Of a stretch of 64,000 nucleotides of DNA, positions 39,813-50,541 are shown piece after piece (position 1 is the stretch's first letter; each line of letters starts with the position of its first letter). Below the pieces are notes generated by a model. That model did not search any database, was not told the DNA's origin, and saw only the letters and a list, made by a program, of their open reading frames with translations. Source of the stretch: Gammaproteobacteria bacterium (lineage in GTDB: Bacteria; Pseudomonadota; Gammaproteobacteria; Eutrophobiales; Eutrophobiaceae); NCBI GenBank assembly GCA_965222155.1, contig CBDCTH010000012.1, forward strand, positions 3,232,001-3,296,000. The letters run 5' to 3'. Both the position numbers and the translations under genes were made by a program.

Positions 39813-42179
39813 CTAGGCAGTGTTTGCCGCTTGAATAGCCGACCAGATCTTTGTGGGTGTTGCCGGCATTGAAAGGTCGGTGACACCGATGGGTTTGAGC
39901 GCATCGAAAATGGCGTTCATGACGGTAATCGGTGCACCAATGGTTCCCGCCTCACCGGCACCCTTAGCGCCCAGTGGATTTGATATCGAGATCGTATCTA
40001 ATTCCGAAACTTCAAATGCTGGTAGATCATCCGCACGTGGCATAGCGTAATCGAGGAAGGACGCGCTCAACGGCTGGCCTGAATCGGCATCGTATACGGC
40101 GTTTTCGAGAAGCGCCTGACCAATGCCCTGAGCAAGGCCGCCATGAACCTGACCGTGTACGACCATCGGATTGATAACCACGCCGAAATCATCGAAGACG
40201 GTGTAACGATCGACCCTAGTCTCGCCGGTCTCCGGATCGATTTCGACCTCGCAAATGTGACAGCCAGCAGGAAAAGTGAAGTTCGGTGGGTCGAAGAAGG
40301 TGGTCTCTTCAAGCCCAGGCTCGAGCTGCTCCAATGGATAGTTTCCCGGAACATACGCTTCGCGCGCAATTTCCTTGAATGACAAGCTATGGACCGCATC
40401 CTTGTGTTTGAAAAACCCGTCGATGAATTCGATGTCGTCGGCATTACTTTCAAGCATATGTGCCGCGATCTTTTTGCCCTTGGCGATGATTTTCCCGGTG
40501 CCTAAAAGCACCGCGCTGCCGCCTGCGCTGATTGAGCGTGATGCGTATGTTCCTATGCCGAACGGCAGTTGATTGGTATCACCGTGGATTACTTCGATCT
40601 CGTCCAGAGGCAGGCCAAGCTGATCCGAAACGATTTGGGCAAACGTCGTCTCGTGACTCTGTCCGTGGCTGTGTGCGCCGGTAAGGACGCGCACCGATCC
40701 ATCCGGATTTACCCGGACCGTCGCAACCTCGAAAAATGCGTTTCCCGAGCCGAAAGCAATCGCCGCCTGGGAAGGCGCCGCGCCGGCTTGCTCGGTATAC
40801 GCGATTACGCCTAATCCACGCAGCTTGCCGGCGGTCTGTGATGCCGCCTTGCGTGCGTCGTACCCTTTCATGTCTGCGTTTTCCAATGCGCCGTCGACGC
40901 ATTGATCGTACGCGCCTTCGGTATAGACGAGTCCCAAGGGCGACTGGTATGGGAAGGCCGACGGCGGAATAAAATTTCGTCGCCTGATCTCGATGCGGTC
41001 GATGCCGGTTGCCTCCGCAGCGAGATCGACCAGACGTTCCACCAAATACGTTGCTTCCGGGCGTCCGGCCCCGCGGTATGCGTCCACCGGCACCGTATTC
41101 GTCATTATGCCGCGCACTCTTATTGTGATAGCCGGGATCTTGTAAACACCCGAAACCATGGTGGCGTAGAAAACGGTAGGAATTGCGGCACCGTATTGCG
41201 ATAGCGCAGCACCCAAATTGGCATCAGTATCGACACGCAGAGCCAAAAACTTTCCATCGGAGTTCAGCGCCAGGGTTGCATGAGTTACATGATCGCGGCT
41301 GTGTGCATCGGAAACGAAGGCTTCGCTGCGTTCAGCCACCCATTTCACCGGTCGACCCAAAGCCTTGGCTGCAAACAAAGCAACCAGGTCCTCTGAGTAC
41401 TGATAAATCTTGGAGCCGAAACCACCGCCAACGTCGGCCGAAATGATCCGGAGCCTGGATTCCGGAACCGGCAACGAATTTGCGCACGTCCAAGTCCGTA
41501 GAAGATGTGGATTCTGGCATGCCGCATGAAGCGTAAATTCATCGTTGTTCGCATCATGAATGGCGATAACAGCGCGCGGTTCGAGCGCATTGGCCACCAG
41601 GCGATTTTGAACGATGTCGGCCTCCACAGTTCGAGCGGCCGACGCGAATGCCTCGTCTACCGCGTCGGTATCGCCGATGATCCACTCGAAGCATTGGTTG
41701 GCGGATATGTGGTCCCAAACCTTCGGGGCATTCGCACGGGTCGCGTCGGCTATGCTCGCAACGGCAGGTAAATCCTCAAGATCGAGTTCGATCAGTTCGG
41801 CTGCGTCTTTCGCAAGAAGACTGGATTCAGCGATCACAGCCGCTACCGGCTGCCCGACATAGCGGACGCGCTCACGCGCCAATGCTTCACGCGGGGCGTC
41901 ATGCATTGGAGATCCATCGGGGTTGTACATGATCCAGCCCGGCTGCATATCGCCTATCCCGCCGGCATCGAGATGCGCGGCAGTGTAGACGGCGACAACA
42001 CCTTGCGCGGCCCGTGCCGCCGACGTGTCGATGTTACGTATCCGGGCATGTGCAGTTTGCGCACGAACGATATAAAGATACGCCTGGCCGGAATAGTTGA
42101 CGTCGCTCGTGTATGTTCCCGCGCCCGTGATGAAGCGCCGGTCTTCCTTACGCCGTACGGATTTTCCAATCGCAGTCAT
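39813..42179 (-). CDS. coxL: Molybdopterin hydroxylase large subunit (form II CoxL/xanthine dehydrogenase family)
   Basis: R.ED.RFITG.G.Y, DVGGGFGSK, active-site loop AYRGAGR (not form I AYxCSFR), GAKGAGE. Confidence 0.88.
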   Translation of the reverse strand: MTAIGKSVRRKEDRRFITGAGTYTSDVNYSGQAYLYIVRAQTAHARIRNIDTSAARAAQGVVAVYTAAHLDAGGIGDMQPGWIMYNPDGSPMHDAPREALARERVRYVGQPVAAVIAESSLLAKDAAELIELDLEDLPAVASIADATRANAPKVWDHISANQCFEWIIGDTDAVDEAFASAARTVEADIVQNRLVANALEPRAVIAIHDANNDEFTLHAACQNPHLLRTWTCANSLPVPESRLRIISADVGGGFGSKIYQYSEDLVALFAAKALGRPVKWVAERSEAFVSDAHSRDHVTHATLALNSDGKFLALRVDTDANLGAALSQYGAAIPTVFYATMVSGVYKIPAITIRVRGIMTNTVPVDAYRGAGRPEATYLVERLVDLAAEATGIDRIEIRRRNFIPPSAFPYQSPLGLVYTEGAYDQCVDGALENADMKGYDARKAASQTAGKLRGLGVIAYTEQAGAAPSQAAIAFGSGNAFFEVATVRVNPDGSVRVLTGAHSHGQSHETTFAQIVSDQLGLPLDEIEVIHGDTNQLPFGIGTYASRSISAGGSAVLLGTGKIIAKGKKIAAHMLESNADDIEFIDGFFKHKDAVHSLSFKEIAREAYVPGNYPLEQLEPGLEETTFFDPPNFTFPAGCHICEVEIDPETGETRVDRYTVFDDFGVVINPMVVHGQVHGGLAQGIGQALLENAVYDADSGQPLSASFLDYAMPRADDLPAFEVSELDTISISNPLGAKGAGEAGTIGAPITVMNAIFDALKPIGVTDLSMPATPTKIWSAIQAANTA

Positions 42180-44101
42180 TATTCGTCGAGTTCGAACATG
42201 AGCAGGACGTTCCCGGGCATCGCGAACTGCGCATAGTCGTTGCCGGATGTCACGAACAACTTATTGTTCACGATGACCGCCCCGCCGTAGCCCAGACCCC
42301 CGCCGTAGCCCTTGATGCCGTTGACGGTTTCATAGTCGGTCGCCGTATCGAAGCTCCACACCAGCTCCCCGGTCGCCTTGTTATAGGCGCGCAACAGGCC
42401 GTCGGCGGAGCCCGTGAAAACGACGTCGTTCGCCACGGTACTGGGCAAGCCGAAGGCATTGCTGCACGGCGGTGCCGGCTTACCCTCACAGTCGGGCGTC
42501 ATTTTCTCGACGCGCCATACTTGTTTTCCGGTCACGAGGTCGACCGCCGTGAACGAGCCGTCCGCCAACATGTCCGCATCCATATCCTGGACGGGAACGT
42601 AAGCATTCTTGCCATCGCTCGCAAAGCCCCACTGGATGCCGCCGACTTCCCCGCCTCTGCCGAGTCGGGTCTGCCACAGGATTTCTCCGTCGGCGTCCGG
42701 ATCCAACGCGTAAAGCATGCCGTCCTTGGATCCGGCCATGAGGACCTCCTTACCGTCCGATCGTTCCACCAGTATCACGGGCGCCACGATATCCCGGTCA
42801 CCCTGTCCCTTCGGGTTCAGGGGCGAGCAGGTTTTCCGCTCGCCATCGACCCACGCCTCGCAGCCCAGGTGGTAGACGTCCTGGCCGCCAAATTGCTCGG
42901 GCGCCAGTCCTTTGACCCAAACCTTGGCGCCAGTTTTCATGTCAAGCGCGATCACGGCGTCGGATTCGGTAATGACCGGCTCGGTCTGCTGGTTCGCGGT
43001 CGGCACGTACAAAAGGCCGCGCTTGTCGTCGACTGTGATCGCCGAGAACACCGTGACGCCGGAGGGGCCGTAGCGATTCACGCCGTTAACCGTCGTGCCT
43101 ATAAACTCAGATCTCTGGTCGATGGTATAGGTTTTCCACTTGCGCTCACCGGTATGCAGGTCAAAGGCGGAGATTGAGCCGCGCGTCGTACAGCACGGGA
43201 ATTCCAGGGTCCTGCCACCCATGTTGAGCACTTCCTGGTAGTTGGATATGGGCACGTAGACGACGCCGTCGTGCACCGTAATGTTACCCGAAACGCGGGA
43301 GGTCGGCGTCCAATCTACTTTATTGCGCCAGAGCAGCCGGCCTGTTTCCGCGTTCACTGCGTAGGCGTTCGCCCCGGTATCGCCGAATACAGCGATACCG
43401 TCGCGCACGGTAACGTTCGATCGAATCCGAAATTCAGCCTGGAATGCCCAGTGTGCGCATCCGGAGTCCGCATCGAACGAGTAGACCCAGTGATTGAGAC
43501 TACCCACGAACACGCGGTCGCCGACGACGGAGACCTTGTGCCCGCCGCTAACGAACGAATGGACCTGCGGAAACCCCACGGCCCACTTGAGCTTGAGGTT
43601 TTTCACGCTGTCGGCGGTGACCTTCGAATTGGTCGCATTCGCGTGGAAGCGGTTGTCCTTAGACCATCCAGGCCAGTCATGCACGGCATCGGCCACCAGC
43701 GGCGTTTTGTCCTTGCACATTTTGGCGCCGTGGCCGCGCGGGTCCCTTTCGCTGTCCTTTTTGAAACTGGTGACGAACTTGGCCAGCTCCCATCGCTCAA
43801 AATCGTCCAGGCCATTGGCGAACTCCATCATGACGCCCCACGTCAACTCCTTGTGCGCCTCTTCCGGGGTCAGGTTCGACATCTGTTGTACGGTCGGCGA
43901 AAAAAAGGCGCGCGCGTGGCATTCAGCGCAACGTTGGGCGTATATCCTGGCGGCGTTCGGTTCCCCCGACGGTCTGTTGAGCACGTTAAATTTGGTTCCG
44001 GGAGGCGGCGGAGGGGCTGCTTCCATATCGGCTGACACCGACGTCGCCGCGAACAGGATCCCAAACAGGGTTAACAGGTGTAACAGGTGCCGATTGCTCA
44101 T
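42179..44101 (-). CDS. Periplasmic quinohemoprotein: N-terminal cytochrome c plus PQQ beta-propeller (PVA dehydrogenase-like architecture)
   Basis: Signal peptide, CAECH heme motif, vicinal CC, repeated A.D..TG...W motifs. Confidence 0.88.
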   Translation of the reverse strand: MSNRHLLHLLTLFGILFAATSVSADMEAAPPPPPGTKFNVLNRPSGEPNAARIYAQRCAECHARAFFSPTVQQMSNLTPEEAHKELTWGVMMEFANGLDDFERWELAKFVTSFKKDSERDPRGHGAKMCKDKTPLVADAVHDWPGWSKDNRFHANATNSKVTADSVKNLKLKWAVGFPQVHSFVSGGHKVSVVGDRVFVGSLNHWVYSFDADSGCAHWAFQAEFRIRSNVTVRDGIAVFGDTGANAYAVNAETGRLLWRNKVDWTPTSRVSGNITVHDGVVYVPISNYQEVLNMGGRTLEFPCCTTRGSISAFDLHTGERKWKTYTIDQRSEFIGTTVNGVNRYGPSGVTVFSAITVDDKRGLLYVPTANQQTEPVITESDAVIALDMKTGAKVWVKGLAPEQFGGQDVYHLGCEAWVDGERKTCSPLNPKGQGDRDIVAPVILVERSDGKEVLMAGSKDGMLYALDPDADGEILWQTRLGRGGEVGGIQWGFASDGKNAYVPVQDMDADMLADGSFTAVDLVTGKQVWRVEKMTPDCEGKPAPPCSNAFGLPSTVANDVVFTGSADGLLRAYNKATGELVWSFDTATDYETVNGIKGYGGGLGYGGAVIVNNKLFVTSGNDYAQFAMPGNVLLMFELDE

Positions 44102-44162
44102 GGTTCGATCTCCCAGTTGCGTCTTTTTGGATGGCGACCTCCAGGGTCGTACCGTAAGTATA

Positions 44163-44198
44163 TAACGTTTTTGGTACCAGATCGAATAAAAAATTACC
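44163..44198 (-). promoter_or_regulatory. Conserved promoter/operator TAACGTTTTTGGTACCA-ATC..ATTACC
   Basis: Near-identical 36-mer at 50542-50577; both lie upstream of leftward operons. Confidence 0.75.
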
Positions 44199-44334
44199 CG
44201 ATGGTCCGATCACTCCACCTTAGATTCGAGAGACCAATTCGAACAGCGGCAGCGCTAACGCACCAGCGCTGAACGTCGGTGTTGTATTCCCCCGGCCGTT
44301 TGTGTTATATTTCAAGACATGGTACTATTTTCAT

Positions 44335-44353
44335 ACATTTGGTACCAAAATGT
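44335..44353. promoter_or_regulatory. Palindromic operator ACATTTGGTACCAAAATGT upstream of the TonB receptor
   Basis: Same TTGGTACCA core; half-site-like sequences nearby at 44320 and 44360. Confidence 0.65.
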
Positions 44354-44411
44354 TGGTAGGGACCAAATCACTTTTTTTGCCGTTCGGAAGCAACATAGGG
44401 GGTAGCTGACC

Positions 44412-46892
44412 ATGAATCAACAGACATCCGGGCAATCGCGCCCATATTCCGTACCGCTCATCTCAATCCTTGCAGCGACTTTATTGCTGACCGGCATGAA
44501 CGCCGGCGCGCAGGTGTTGGAAGAGATGGTCGTCACTGCGCAGAAACGCTCGCAGAACCTGCAGGACGTCGGTATCGCCATCACCGCCTTGACGGGCGAT
44601 CAGGTTCGCCAACTCGGCATGCTGGATACAACTTGGGTACCCGACATGGCGCCCGGCGTGCAGCTCGTGCAGCCCAACTCCCGCCAGTCATACGGTTTCT
44701 CCGTGCGCGGCGTCCACCAGGTCGATTTCGCCGATCACCAGGAGCACCCGACGGCGGTCTATGTGGACGAGGCGTACGTCAGCCAGGCCTCCGCTTCGGG
44801 TTTCCAGCTGTTCGACCTGGAGCAGGTCGAAATCCTGCGCGGGCCGCAGGGCACGCTGTGGGGCCGCAACGCCACCGGCGGCGCCATATCGTTCACCACC
44901 AACAAGCCGTCACAGGAATTCGAAGCGTACGTCGAAGGCAAATATGGTTCATACGATAACATGGGTATGGAGTTCGGGATCGGCGGTGGTCTTACCGACC
45001 GGATGTCCGTCCGCTTCTCCGGCACAGGGAACTGGCACGACGGCTATGCCACAAACACCATCGGACCGGACACATTCGACGATAACACGGCTTCGTTCCG
45101 CGGTCAGGTCCTGTTCGAGATCAGCGATGACGTGACCCTGCTTGTCAACGGCCGCGGGTCTTCCAGCGAGCTCATCGACGGTGCCCTGTTAATTCTGCCA
45201 GCCAGCTTCGACCCGGACACCGGATTCGGTTATATCCGAGAACCAGACGAGGTCACCACTAACCTCGAGACGGCCAATGCGATAAATTGTCCCGGCTGCG
45301 ATTTCTTCGGTTGGGCGGAGCCGGACGACGGCAGGCGCACGGTAAGCCATGATTTCATCGGCTTCTCCGACCTGCACACCTGGGGCGGCGGCGCCCGCCT
45401 TGACTGGGATGCCGGAAACTTCGATTTCGTTTCGATCACCGACTGGTACCACGTCGATAAAGAGTACATGGAGGACAGCGACGGTACGCCGTTTCCCGTC
45501 CTGGAAACCTACCTGGCGAACAACGTCGAACAATTCTCGCAGGAGATCCGTATCAGCGGGGAGGCGGAGCGCTTTCGCTGGGTGGCGGGGGGCTACTACC
45601 TGCGTATCCGCGGCGACTACGGCACGGGGGTCACGTTACGTTCCGACGTGGAGACGATCGGCGCCGAGCCCAGCCCTCAAGACGTGGGTTCCATATCACC
45701 GGCTGATTCGCTGATCGGCGCCGCCGGCACCGAAATTCCTTGCTTTCTATTTGGTGAGGCCGAAGATTTACCCCAGACCTGCGGCGTGCAGCCCACGTCG
45801 CATGATGCGGGCATCTTCGTCCTGTCCGGGTTCTGGAGACAGGATACGGATTCGTATTCGGTGTTCGCCCAGACCGAGTTCGACCTGACGTCCCAGTTGA
45901 CGCTGACCACCGGCTTCCGCTGGATCGACGAGAATAAAGATATCGACTACATCAACCTGTACGAAACCTGGCCGGCCGGCCGGCCAAGAAATTTCCTGGC
46001 CCCCACTGAACCCGCCGCTTTCGTGACCGTATTTAACAGGGATTCGGCCGGCAACCTCGCCGATTACGACGAGGGCCTGTGGTCGGCCAAGGTAGGGCTC
46101 GACTGGCAGGTCAACGATGACCTGCTGACGTACTTCACTTTCAACCGCGGCGTCAAGGGCGGCGGCTTCAACGGGCCGGCGGTGGGCGAAGTGATGCGGC
46201 CCGAGCAGTTTCCGTTCAAGGAAGAGATACTCAAGGCCTACGAAATCGGCTTCAAGCAAACCCTGGCGGATAACCGCTTACGCGTGAACGCGGCCGCGTT
46301 CTACTACGACTACGATGATTTCCAGGCCTTCATTTTCGAGGGCCAGGCGAACCTGATATCCAACCAGGACGCCGAAATCTACGGCGCCGAACTCGAGATC
46401 GAGGGCTCGCCGGTGGAGGGCCTGAATTTCAAGGGCGGCGTGGGATACCTGCAGGGGGAAGTTTATGACGTCACTTTCCCGTTCACCGATCCACACACCG
46501 GCCGTGAGTTTACCCAGCCGCTTGATCGGGAACTTCCGAGAGCGCCGGAGTGGTCCGTCAACGGCCTGGTGCGCTACCAGTGGCCTGTCGCGTTTGAAAA
46601 CACCGGCTTAGGGGGCCACTTCGCCGTGCAGGCGGATTTCAATTGGCGCAGCGACCAGAACATGCTCTTGTCGGAAGCACCCGCCGGAGAGCAGGACGCC
46701 TACGTGATCGGCAACGCGCGCGCCAGCTATACCAGCAAAGACGGCCGCTGGGAGGCGGCGTTTGCGGTCCACAATATCGGTAACCAGTTCTACTGCACGC
46801 AGATCTACGACGTCGGGGCGGACTTCAACAGCGTCGAGTGCTTCTTTAATCGCCCGAGGTGGTTCGCGGGATCGCTGCGCATCAACTTCTAG
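44412..46892 (+). CDS. TonB-dependent receptor
   Basis: Signal peptide, LEEMVVTAQKR TonB box, EILRGPQGTL.GRNATGG, C-terminal Phe. Confidence 0.94.
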   Translation: MNQQTSGQSRPYSVPLISILAATLLLTGMNAGAQVLEEMVVTAQKRSQNLQDVGIAITALTGDQVRQLGMLDTTWVPDMAPGVQLVQPNSRQSYGFSVRGVHQVDFADHQEHPTAVYVDEAYVSQASASGFQLFDLEQVEILRGPQGTLWGRNATGGAISFTTNKPSQEFEAYVEGKYGSYDNMGMEFGIGGGLTDRMSVRFSGTGNWHDGYATNTIGPDTFDDNTASFRGQVLFEISDDVTLLVNGRGSSSELIDGALLILPASFDPDTGFGYIREPDEVTTNLETANAINCPGCDFFGWAEPDDGRRTVSHDFIGFSDLHTWGGGARLDWDAGNFDFVSITDWYHVDKEYMEDSDGTPFPVLETYLANNVEQFSQEIRISGEAERFRWVAGGYYLRIRGDYGTGVTLRSDVETIGAEPSPQDVGSISPADSLIGAAGTEIPCFLFGEAEDLPQTCGVQPTSHDAGIFVLSGFWRQDTDSYSVFAQTEFDLTSQLTLTTGFRWIDENKDIDYINLYETWPAGRPRNFLAPTEPAAFVTVFNRDSAGNLADYDEGLWSAKVGLDWQVNDDLLTYFTFNRGVKGGGFNGPAVGEVMRPEQFPFKEEILKAYEIGFKQTLADNRLRVNAAAFYYDYDDFQAFIFEGQANLISNQDAEIYGAELEIEGSPVEGLNFKGGVGYLQGEVYDVTFPFTDPHTGREFTQPLDRELPRAPEWSVNGLVRYQWPVAFENTGLGGHFAVQADFNWRSDQNMLLSEAPAGEQDAYVIGNARASYTSKDGRWEAAFAVHNIGNQFYCTQIYDVGADFNSVECFFNRPRWFAGSLRINF

Positions 46893-46943
46893 CGAAGCCC
46901 GGTGCGAACCGCCAGCGCGGGTACATTTCCGATGCGGCTGAGG

Positions 46944-46971
46944 CCGGGGACAGAATTAATTCTGTCCCCGG
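46944..46971. repeat. Family A palindrome (28 bp, perfect)
   Basis: CCGGGGACAGAATTAATTCTGTCCCCGG. Confidence 0.85.
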
Positions 46972-47009
46972 AACTTACACAGCAATAACAATAATCCGGA
47001 GGAACCACC

Positions 47010-47411
47010 ATGCCCAAAGCCGACCAGATCTACCACAAGCGCCCCGGTCTTGAGAAAGCCTTCTACTATGCGCAGACCTGCAGGTCCGGAAACACGTTGT
47101 ATGTCTCGGGCTGCGTCAGCTGGGACGCCGAGGGAAACATCATCGGCGCGGGCGACATGAGGGCGCAGGTCGAGCAGGTCTACACCGATCTCAAGGAAAC
47201 GCTGGAAGCGAACGGCGCGACCTTGCAGAACGTGCTCAAGGAAACCGTCTTCACCACCGACATGGATGCGTTGGTGGCCAACAACGACGTTCGCATCGGG
47301 TTCTACCAGGAAGCGGCGTCGGCGCCGCCCGCAGCGACCTGGATCGGCTGCACCCGCCTGGCGGCGCCGGAGATGATGATAGAACTCGAGTGTATCGCGC
47401 TGCTCGATTGA
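47010..47411 (+). CDS. Rid/YjgF family protein
   Basis: Y.Q..RSG.TLYVSG, L.NVLK.TVF.TD, PPAATWIG..RL..PEMMIELE. Confidence 0.9.
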   Translation: MPKADQIYHKRPGLEKAFYYAQTCRSGNTLYVSGCVSWDAEGNIIGAGDMRAQVEQVYTDLKETLEANGATLQNVLKETVFTTDMDALVANNDVRIGFYQEAASAPPAATWIGCTRLAAPEMMIELECIALLD

Positions 47412-47501
47412 AGCGCGGATCGAACTTCCGCGCCGGATGCCCGTAACGCGCCACTGAGTAACCAGGATCATCATTTTCCAGTCACAGTCAAGGGAGGTCC
47501 C

Positions 47502-47888
47502 ATGAACAAGAAGCATGTACCCGACACGATCGCGCCGCCGCTCGCAGCCTACAGCCACGGCATCGAGATAGCGCCGAACGCGCGCGTCCTCCACACCGCG
47601 GGGCAGGTAGGCATATTGCCCGACGGCACCACTCCCGAAGGAATCGAGGCCCAGACTGAAGCCACCTGGGTCAATCTCATGGCGATTCTGGAATCCGCCG
47701 GTATGGGGATCGATGACGTCGTCAAGGTAACGACCTACGTGACGAACGAGGATGACTTCTGGCCGATGGCGAAGGTCCGCGCCAGGTTCTTTGGTGATGC
47801 GCGGCCCGCTTCCACGGGCATTGTCGTCAAGGCGCTGGCGAAGCAGGAATGGCTGGTCGAGGTCGAGCTCGTCGCCGCCAAAGCCTGA
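47502..47888 (+). CDS. Rid/YjgF family protein
   Basis: YSHG, TAGQVG, DVVKVTTY, RPAST.I.V..L...WLVEVE. Confidence 0.92.
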   Translation: MNKKHVPDTIAPPLAAYSHGIEIAPNARVLHTAGQVGILPDGTTPEGIEAQTEATWVNLMAILESAGMGIDDVVKVTTYVTNEDDFWPMAKVRARFFGDARPASTGIVVKALAKQEWLVEVELVAAKA

Positions 47889-47928
47889 GCTCAAACCATC
47901 TGAAAAGCATCTATAACGGGAGCGTTTG

Positions 47929-48441
47929 ATGAACCGATTCGCACTGATATTGGCAACTGCAATGCTGTTCGCGACAACCCTCGCGGCGGACGACAATTTC
48001 AACAAGACCGGAGCGGCCGGTGAGGCGATCATAGCCACGAGCCAGGATATGGAGCTCTATGATCAATACCATTTTTCTCCCGCCTACCGTGCGGGCGACT
48101 TCCTGTTTCTCTCCGGCGTCGTGGCCGAGCCTCCGGGGGACAATCCCGCCACGCCGGAAGAGTTCCAGGAAGGGCTCCATAAGGCCTTTTCGGCGATCAA
48201 GGCGACGCTGGCCGCTGCGGGCGCGAGATTCGATCAGGTCGTAAAGCTCACGACCTTCCACGTCTTCGATAGCCCCCATTTCGACGGCGACAAGGGCGCG
48301 CACATCGGCGCGTTCATGGCGGTAAAGGATGAATACTTGCCGGCGCCGTACACGGCTTGGACGGCGATTGGCATCAGCGAATTGTTCCCGGACAGGGGCC
48401 TGGTAGAGATACAGCTCATCGCGCACGCACCCGCCGACTGA
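47929..48441 (+). CDS. Rid/YjgF family protein with N-terminal signal peptide
   Basis: MNRFALILATAMLFATTLAA|DD, then FSPA.RAGDFLFLSG, PY.AWTAIG.SEL, VEI. Confidence 0.85.
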   Translation: MNRFALILATAMLFATTLAADDNFNKTGAAGEAIIATSQDMELYDQYHFSPAYRAGDFLFLSGVVAEPPGDNPATPEEFQEGLHKAFSAIKATLAAAGARFDQVVKLTTFHVFDSPHFDGDKGAHIGAFMAVKDEYLPAPYTAWTAIGISELFPDRGLVEIQLIAHAPAD

Positions 48442-48607
48442 GACCGGCAGGCCGCTGTGAAATGTGGCTCGGGTGTTCCAACAATAATCGCGTGATCGTG
48501 CCGATGCCAGCGCCGAACTCGAGCACCGTCTCCGGTCGCTCCGCGTTCACGACAGTGCTCAGGTGCGCGAGGGCAGACGCGGTCGCGAGTCCGCCGAGAC
48601 CATTGCT

Positions 48608-49402
48608 CTAGCCTACCGCAGCCACCGCGCGCCTGGCCATCACGTTCACGAGATGGGCGCGATACCCGGAGCTGGCGTGAATGTCCTCGTTGAATTCGGC
48701 GCCGTCCACCGCGATCGACGCGATGGCGTCCGGCGTGAAATCCTTCTCGAGCGCATCCTCCATTGCCGTCACCCGAAACACGCAGGGCGCGGCCCCGGTG
48801 ACCGCGACGCGGATTCCGTCGGGGGCCTCCGCCACCATGACACCGACGATGGCGTAGCGCGAGGCAGGATTGGGAAACTTCATGTAGGCGGCGCGCTTGG
48901 GAATCGGGAAGCGCACGGCGGTGATAATCTCGTCATCCTCGAGCGCGGTTTCGAACATGTCAGTGAAGAAATCGTCGGCCGCGATCTCGCGGCGGTCGGT
49001 GACGACCGTGGCGCCGAGACCGACGAGCCCGGCCGGATAGTCTGCCGTGGGATCGTTGTTGGCGACGGAGCCACCCATCGTGCCGCGGTTTCGCACCTGG
49101 GGATCCCCGATTGCCTCCGCCAGGTCCGCGAGACCGGGGATGCGATCCTGTACGAGCTTCGAGGCGGCGACGTCGGCATGACGCGTCATAGCACCGATCA
49201 CGAGCGCCCGGTTTTTCTCCGTGATCCCGGCGAGCGATCCGATGCGGTTGATGTCGATCAGCACATCGGGACGTGCCAAACGCAGCTTCATCGTCGGCAA
49301 CAGCGTCATGCCGCCGGCGACGATCTTCGCCTCGTCATTCTCGCGCAACGCCGCCAGCGCGGCTTCGATCGAGTCGGGTGCCTGATAATCGAACTGGTAC
49401 AT
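48608..49402 (-). CDS. coxM: Mo-hydroxylase FAD subunit (CoxM-like)
   Basis: [33 protein letters not shown]. Confidence 0.9.
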   Translation of the reverse strand: MYQFDYQAPDSIEAALAALRENDEAKIVAGGMTLLPTMKLRLARPDVLIDINRIGSLAGITEKNRALVIGAMTRHADVAASKLVQDRIPGLADLAEAIGDPQVRNRGTMGGSVANNDPTADYPAGLVGLGATVVTDRREIAADDFFTDMFETALEDDEIITAVRFPIPKRAAYMKFPNPASRYAIVGVMVAEAPDGIRVAVTGAAPCVFRVTAMEDALEKDFTPDAIASIAVDGAEFNEDIHASSGYRAHLVNVMARRAVAAVG

Positions 49403-49444
49403 GATTCGTTTCCTCTTGCTTGGCCGTGCGTACGAAGGCGGATA

Positions 49445-49903
49445 TTACCGCGATTCCGCGGCTGTTTGTATCGACTTGACGATGTTGTAATAGCCCGTGC
49501 ACCGGCACAGGTTGCCTTCCAGCCAGTCCCGGATCTCGTTTTCCGTCGGATCTGCGTTGTTCTGCAGCAGGTCGATCGCACTCATGATCATGCCGGGCGT
49601 GCAAAACCCGCATTGCAAGCCGTGCTCTTCGCGAAATGCGGCCTGCATGGGATGCAGCGTGTCGCCGTCGGCCAGGCCCTCGATAGTCGTGACCTGCGTG
49701 CCCTCGGCCTGTACTGCGAGCAGGGTGCAGCTCTTGATGGAGCGGCCGTCCACGTGAACGACGCAGGCGCCGCATTGGCTGGTGTCACAGCCCACGTGCG
49801 TGCCGGTCAGACCGAGGTCGTTGCGGAGAAAATCAACCAGCAGGGTGCGCGGTTCCACGTCCCCGCTGACCTCCGTGCCGTTGACTGAAAACGAGACTTT
49901 CAT
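49445..49903 (-). CDS. coxS: Mo-hydroxylase 2[2Fe-2S] subunit (CoxS-like)
   Basis: [27 protein letters not shown]; start at MKVSFSVNG. Confidence 0.92.
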   Translation of the reverse strand: MKVSFSVNGTEVSGDVEPRTLLVDFLRNDLGLTGTHVGCDTSQCGACVVHVDGRSIKSCTLLAVQAEGTQVTTIEGLADGDTLHPMQAAFREEHGLQCGFCTPGMIMSAIDLLQNNADPTENEIRDWLEGNLCRCTGYYNIVKSIQTAAESR

Positions 49904-49960
49904 TGTTGTTCCTCCCCCCGGCCAAAGGCCCTGCATTCTCGCAAATTATGTCCGAATGAT

Positions 49961-50422
49961 TTACGCGGTCGCGTCGTCCGCCGCGGCATCGAAGCCCGAT
50001 GAAAAGGCCGCGAAAAACTTGTCGGTGAGCTTGCGCGTGGCCGCCACGATCAGACGCGATCCGACCTGCGCGATGCGCCCGCCCGCATTGAACTTGGCGG
50101 TATAGCGCAACGCCGTTCCGTCGCCGGTTTCCTCGAGCATGACGTCGGCGACGCCTTCTCCGAACCCTGCCACGCCGCCCTGGCCGCGCCCGCTCAAGGT
50201 GTAGGACACGGGCGCGTTGATGTTCGACAAGGTCAGGGTGGTCTTGAATTTCGCCTTGACGGGGCCGTACTTCGCCATGACAGCGCAGTCATAGGCATCC
50301 TCCGACGCCCTCGTCATCGACTCGCATCCGGGGATGCAGGCCGACAGCACGTCGGGGTCGATGAGCCGTTGCCAGACCTCGGTGGGTGACGCCGCTATGT
50401 GGTATTCACCTTGTATGTCCAT
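49961..50422 (-). CDS. coxG: CoxG (SRPBCC) protein
   Basis: [31 protein letters not shown]. Confidence 0.9.
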   Translation of the reverse strand: MDIQGEYHIAASPTEVWQRLIDPDVLSACIPGCESMTRASEDAYDCAVMAKYGPVKAKFKTTLTLSNINAPVSYTLSGRGQGGVAGFGEGVADVMLEETGDGTALRYTAKFNAGGRIAQVGSRLIVAATRKLTDKFFAAFSSGFDAAADDATA

Positions 50423-50541
50423 CGCGTGCGTGGAGTCCTGTGTCGTTTCGCGTTGTGTTCGTTGCGCCGCGGGTGCCGCTCACGCCGCCCGTGAATGCCG
50501 AGCGGCTGCAATGCGTATCAGCGACAAATGTTAGTGTCTAC

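Noticed and set aside
48563-49888. Long antisense ORFs (441 aa here; also 46956-48038, 58393-59478, 8184-9002, 33979-34833)
   Set aside because: Shadow frames of well-supported genes in GC-rich DNA, with no recognisable motifs.
39813-50422. Bona fide aerobic CO dehydrogenase
   Set aside because: The active-site loop is AYRGAGR rather than form I AYxCSFR, and coxDEF are absent from the window.
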